DNA from: Candidatus Methylomirabilis oxygeniifera
GTDB lineage: Bacteria > Methylomirabilota > Methylomirabilia > Methylomirabilales > Methylomirabilaceae
Length of the DNA stretch: 32,000 bases
NCBI GenBank assembly: GCA_000091165.1
Contig: FP565575.1
Coordinates: 1,530,001 to 1,562,000, forward strand
Reading direction: 5' to 3'
Position 1 is the stretch's first letter. Each line of letters opens with the position of its first letter. Of this stretch, positions 1 through 6,000 are shown in pieces. Made by a program: the position numbers and the translations under genes. A model generated the notes under the pieces. It saw only the letters and a list, made by a program, of their open reading frames with translations, had not been told where the DNA came from and did no database searches.

Positions 1-3000
1 GCCGGTCCCTTTGTAGTCAGCCTTGACCTGTTGCGGGGCCAGACCATCGTTCATCGCGGGACCGACCATGGCAAGGTGTGGGTCGCGATCACAGGCAGTC
101 AGCAGGCGCTTCAACCACCCTGGCGTAACGACCACGTCACCCGACAGCAGGATCACCGGCTCGTCACCCGACGATTGGAGCAACCGGTTGAGCAGTTGTA
201 CGGCAGGTACGTCAGCGGTTCCGATCTGCCACCCATCCGGACACGATGGCTGAGGCGGTGGAGCGCATCCGTTCCCGTTGCCGGTCGAAGGACTGATCGT
301 AATAGCTAACGGCTGGTTCGTGTGTTGGACCAGCGACGACCACAACGGGGTAATTCCATGACCGTTGGGAATAATGATGGCGCTGAACGGGGTCTCTCCC
401 ATGACGGCGGGCTCGCACCGGCCGGGATCCTCGCTAATCTCCCGCCACCACCGGCCGTCACTGTCACACCGGTGGTCAGCACCGACGTCAGGAAGCGGAA
501 CCGACAACGGCGCGCTCGGAGCCGACTGTGGCGGAAAGCGATACCCTTTTTCGTATAGCGCATCGTCGGGGATACCCCACTTCGCCTTGAACAACCCCCA
601 GTTGCGCATGAGGCTCTGACGGTAGTCGATCTTCGCAGTCTTGAACGTTTGGCTCCCAGTATGGTGGACAAAGACATCCAGCGCGATCCGCGCCCGAAAA
701 CCGACCTGGAATGCCCGGATACAGAAGTCGTCATCCTCGAAGTTGCCGCTGCCGAACTGCTCATCCAGCCCCCCGATACGCGCAATGACCGCTTTGCGCG
801 CAAGCAGGCAGAAGCCGACAACCCTGGTCGCCTCTCGACTTTGCCCGTCCTGGCTTTGAGCCCACCCCGCCGCAAATACGGCAAGCCCCTCACGTCCCTG
901 ATATGAGGTCTCCCGCACCAGTTGGGGACCCGACACATAATTGGACATCGGTCCAACGATACCGACATCGGGATGCGCGTTGAAAACCCGGAGCATCCGC
1001 GTGAGCCACCCTTCGGTGACAACGGTGTCGTTGTTGAGCAACAGCACATACTCGCCTTTGGCCAGCGCAAGCCCCTGATTGTTGCCGGCGGCAAACCCTC
1101 GATTCGTCGCATTTGCAACGATCCGGACATTGTCGTGAGCGGCCATGTACTCACGCAAGTAGGCGAGCGTACCGTCGGAAGAGGCGTTGTCCACAATGAT
1201 GAGCTCATGCGGCTCTGGAGTGTGCGCCTGGATACTCGCTAGGCATGGCCGCGTATGCTCAAGCCCATTGTGGGTGAGGATGATGATCGACGTGAGGCGT
1301 GAGGCGTGAGGCGTGAGAGGCGATTCGGTCTTCGGCATTCGGCCTTCCGCCTGCTGTGTCGTTACTTCAGCCTTCAGCCTTCGGCCTTCGGCCTTCATTG
1401 TTGGCTTAAACCAGTTGATACCCCACAACTCCACCGGGCTGGGAACGTTGCCGACGCCATAGTGGACTTCGAGTTTCGCGTACAGTTTGTCCGTACTCTC
1501 CTGAACAAGCCGCGACGTCTTCGTCTCCGCCTCCGACTTGAAACTGACCTGACCTTCGTGGTGAACGAAGGTGTCGGTGGCCACAAGCAATGTATAGCCC
1601 TTCAGCCGCAATCGCCACGACAGATCAAGGTCGTCGTTTCCCAGGAACAGCTCCTCATCCAGCAGACCGACCTCATTCAACGCCCGACGTGGCAACATCA
1701 GGCAGAAACCAATAAGGAGTTTAGTCTCTACGGCGCATCCTCGATTCACCCGCGCCATCTGTTCGGCGATCTCCGCGACGGTACGGCCGTTCTTCAGTTC
1801 AGGTTTATAGAGTTGATATTTTTGCAGCCCCGCCACGTAATCTGAAACCGGTCCGACCGCTCCTACCCCTGGTCCGAAATGGCCGATTAATCGATCCACC
1901 CACCCAGGCGTCACAACGGTATCGGGGTTGAGCAAAACTACGTATTCGCCGGATGACGCGCGGATCCCTTGATTGCAGGCGGCTGAAAACCCGACATTGT
2001 TCTGGTTGAGGATCGTCGTGATCCGGCCCTGATACTCGTGCAGGATCGACCTCGTCTTATCGGTTGAGACGTTATCGATGACGATCAGGTCGGTTGCCGG
2101 CCTACTCTCCTTCAACACGCTGTCGAGACAGGCTCGGATAGTGGAAGCAGAGTTATACGTTACGATCACGATCGACGCGATTACGGGCTCACCGGTAGTC
2201 GGTCTCTCGGCAACGCCCAGAGAGGAGGGCGAGGGCGGACTATAGGCCATTACTCGTCCTGCGTCTGTTTTGACATATGTGCCATCGCGTGTGATCACGA
2301 AATCCGGTATCGCCTTATCCGACCACTTCCGGCGAAGTCGTTCGAGATTGCGCGACTCTTGCCGAACTCGCTCCGATCCGCTCTGAGATTCATAATGAAT
2401 AACTACGCTCGTTGGTTCGTAGACCAAGCGCCATCCGAGACCCTGGAGCTTCAAGCAAAAGTCCACATCCTCACGCCCATTCCAATAGTTCTCATCGAAC
2501 CCCCTAACCTGCTCAAAAGCAGTTCTTCGCACTAGGAGACATGCGGCGGTTAGCGCCTGATACGTGCGAGGTTCATTCGCCCCTGGCAGGTGCGCTATCT
2601 GTCGGTAGTAGATGTGGCCTGCGTTTAGCCCCATGGACTCCCTTTGATCATCGATAATAATGACTCCCGCATGTTGAATGGTCCCGTCAGGGTACAGCAG
2701 CTTACTGCCGACTGCCGCAACGGCTTGATCGGCATCGAGGACCGCGACAAGCGGCTCAAACCAATTCGGCTGCACCTCAGTGTCGTTATTGAGAAATAAC
2801 AAGTTCGTGCCCACGGCAGCGCCTGCACCCTGATTACACGCATGCGCAAAGCCCATATTGTCGGTGTTGACGACCGCCCGCAGTCGTCCGGCGTCCTGCT
2901 CCAGGCGTAGAAACTCGGTTGTGCCATCGGAAGAACCGTTATCGACAACGATGAGTTCGTATTGACCAGCAGGAGTATGGCGACGGACAGCCTCTAAACA

Positions 3001-6000
3001 TTGGCGGGTCAGGTCCAGGCGGTTAAAGACGGGGATGATGATGGATGTGAGATGTGGATCGAAATTCGCACATCGAGGTTCCTCCGTGTCGGGGGCCAGC
3101 GCTTTTCCGTCCACAATCGCCAAGTTGTCCGTCGCTACGGCATTGCTCGGTTCCAGCGAAAGGACTTTCCGATAAAACGCCCGTGCCTGGTCGAATCGGC
3201 CGATCTCGGCGTAGCAATTGCCGACAATGAGGAGGGTCTCCACATCATGAGGCGCGTGCCGCAATACGGTCAGGTAGCTTTCAACAGCCTCGGTATAGCG
3301 CGCACTATCAAGACACAGACGGCCTAACAGCTTCAGCGCATCGATGTCGGCGGAATTCGCCGCCAAGACGCGACGGATAGACGCCTCCGCCTCCTCGCCG
3401 CGGCCCATATGGAGATAGACAGCCGCCAGATTGAGATGGGCGGCAGGGTAATCGGGGGCCAGGACCGTAGCTTTCACGAACTCGCGGCGGGCGGCCTCCA
3501 CGTCGCCGAGTTGCAGCAGGACGTTGCCATGGGCGACGATCAGCTCGGGATCGTGCGGAGCGAGTTGCACCGCCTGACTGAGCGCCTGCGCGGCGGCAGG
3601 CGGATCACCCTGAGCGAGGTGCTGCTCGGCCTGACGGATTTGTTCGATGACGTTGGCCGATCGGACGAGACTCGTCTGGACATCGCCAGAATCGGCTGAT
3701 ACCGATTGATATCTCAATATGGTCGCCGTCTCGTACCTGGAACTGACTTCTGACCGATCATTCATTGCTCGCGCGGTATTTGGGGTCGGAGCTGATGCCT
3801 CGCACGCTCTAGACGCAGCATTGTATACCTCAAGTGTGAGGGCGGCGATCCGATCCCAATTGTATTGATCGCGTAAATGGGTCTGCAGGGCCTGCCGACG
3901 ACGGCTATCGAACGCGTGATTATGATATGCGTCCCGGACTGCTCGTCGAATCGACTCAACATCGGCCGGATTACAGTAATAGGCCGCATCCCCAAAGTAC
4001 TCCGACTCAGCGCCTCGATTGCCCATCACGACACTACACCCCGCAAGCGCAGCTTCCATACTCGCAATGCCAGCGCATTCCCACCAACTTGGCAACGCAT
4101 GCACTCGTGCCGCCGACCTCGCTGAGGCAAGCAGCTCATCATCCAGTCGTCCCACGAAATGTGTCCCTTCAGGCGCAAATCGTCGACAGAGTTCGAGATA
4201 CGATGGAAGAACCTGGTCGCCGGCCGCCACAATCGGGAGCCCGGCGTCACGAAGCGCTATCAACAACATAAGCTGATTCTTTCTGGGCTCAACTCGTCCG
4301 GTTATCAGTACGAAGTCTCGGACGCCAAATCTATTGACGAATGGTTCAGGAGAAACGACACGAGATGGAACATCCGCACCAGTTGGAACGATCGAGGATC
4401 GAGGCATCCGCGAGATCTTTTCATCAAAAGTGCTCATCAAGAGCCGTTCTTCACCGGCGCTGATGGCAATGAGATGATCCACACCCTGTAAGATCTCCCC
4501 CTGCTCCTCTTCATACGTCGCATACAACTTATTGCCGCCCTTTCGGCTCACGCCGAACAACGATAAGGTGCCGCCGGCAATTTGCCGAAGCGCCTTAGCC
4601 AGATGCTTACGACTCTTTGTCTTGGCGATGGCGCCAGGCACCGCTACTTCCCCCCAGTAGCTCTCACTTCGGTCCCAGAAAAATGGGGTGAGAATGATCG
4701 GCGCCCGTGTCGCTCGCCGCAAGGCTGCCGCTTGGTGCAGGGTCACTTCCGGGCGCAGCAAATTGAACAGGTTAATGAGATCGTAGCCGGCGGGGTTGGG
4801 GTTCAGATCACAACAGATATCCACAATGACCCCTAGTCGCTCTAAACCCTCCTTCAGGCGCAACATATGAGTCGTATCACCGCCAGGAATGGTAAACGCA
4901 TCAGGACGATTGACAAAAAGGACACGCAGCATCGATGAAGCGACACCTCCGCGATCAACGCTCCCTGGACGTTGCAAGATCGGCGCATCGCCGTCGTCAG
5001 CGCAAGGGACTGAATCCCCTCGCCTGGCATGTCGCAGATCGTCATCGGCAAGACTTGTAAATACCTGTACGCCGTATGGTTTGAAGGAGTCAGATCTTAC
5101 GGTGGAACCCTCTTGGTCCGTCATCGGTCGAGATGCAGCGCCTCCAGACGCACAAGAGGGGAGACTGTATACTCTAACCCTCTTGGTACCGGTAGCCACA
5201 CACCTTCCATCAGGTTGAGCTACTACGTCGGCAATAATTCTACCCAACCACACATGGCAGAAGATCTCATGATTGCGCTCTAGGCAGCGAAATCGCTCTG
5301 GACCGCTCTGGTACTCATAATGGATGACGACACTCTTCGGCTCGTACACTGAGAGCAGCCCACGTTCCTGAATCTTCAGACAGAGGTCGACATCTTCAAA
5401 GCTGTTCCAGTATCTCTGATCGAATCCCCCTACTTGCTCAAAGGCGGATCGGCGAACCAACAGGCAGGCACCCGTCAGCGCCTGGTAGGTACACGACTGA
5501 TTAGCCTCGCGCAGATCAGCCGGTCTCTTATAGTAGACGTGCCGCGGACAGAGTTTTCCTGTCCCCACCTGATCATCCACGATGACCATACCGGCGTGTT
5601 GTATCGTACCATCTGGAAACAGTAGCTTGCTCCCTACAATACCAACCTCAGGATCAGCCTCAAGAACAGTGACAAGCGGCTCAAACCAATTCGGCTGCAC
5701 CTCAGTGTCGTTATTGAGAAATAACAAGTTCGTGCCCACGGCAGCGCCTGCACCCTGATTACACGCATGCGCAAAGCCCATATTGTCGGTGTTGACGACC
5801 GCCCGCAGTCGTCCGGCGTCCTGCTCCAGGCGTAGAAACTCGGTTGTGCCATCGGAAGAACCGTTATCGACAACGATGAGTTCGTATTGACCAGCAGGAG
5901 TATGGCGACGGACAGCCTCTAAACATTGGCGGGTCAGGTCCAGGCGGTTAAAGACGGGGATGATGATGGATGTGAGATGTGGATCGAAATTCGCACATCG

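Noticed and set aside
306-1208. 300-aa ORF from the track as a candidate novel gene
   Set aside because: Out-of-frame shadow of the giant GT ORF (and mis-stranded in the track); low-complexity S/R/C-rich composition with no domain features.
1291-1318. cgtgagg x4 as a CRISPR-like array
   Set aside because: 7-bp units without spacers; simple tandem repeat. No direct repeat/spacer architecture was seen anywhere in the window.
1306-1845. 179-aa plus-strand ORF rich in SAFRL/QPSAF
   Set aside because: Antisense to GT2 coding sequence; its N-terminus is just translated simple repeat.
3001-3327. Duplicate plus-strand ORFs (3001-3327 / 5926-6252, 3409-3699 / 6334-6588) as a repeated small gene family
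   Set aside because: They are antisense shadows of the 914-bp coding repeat in the giant ORF.
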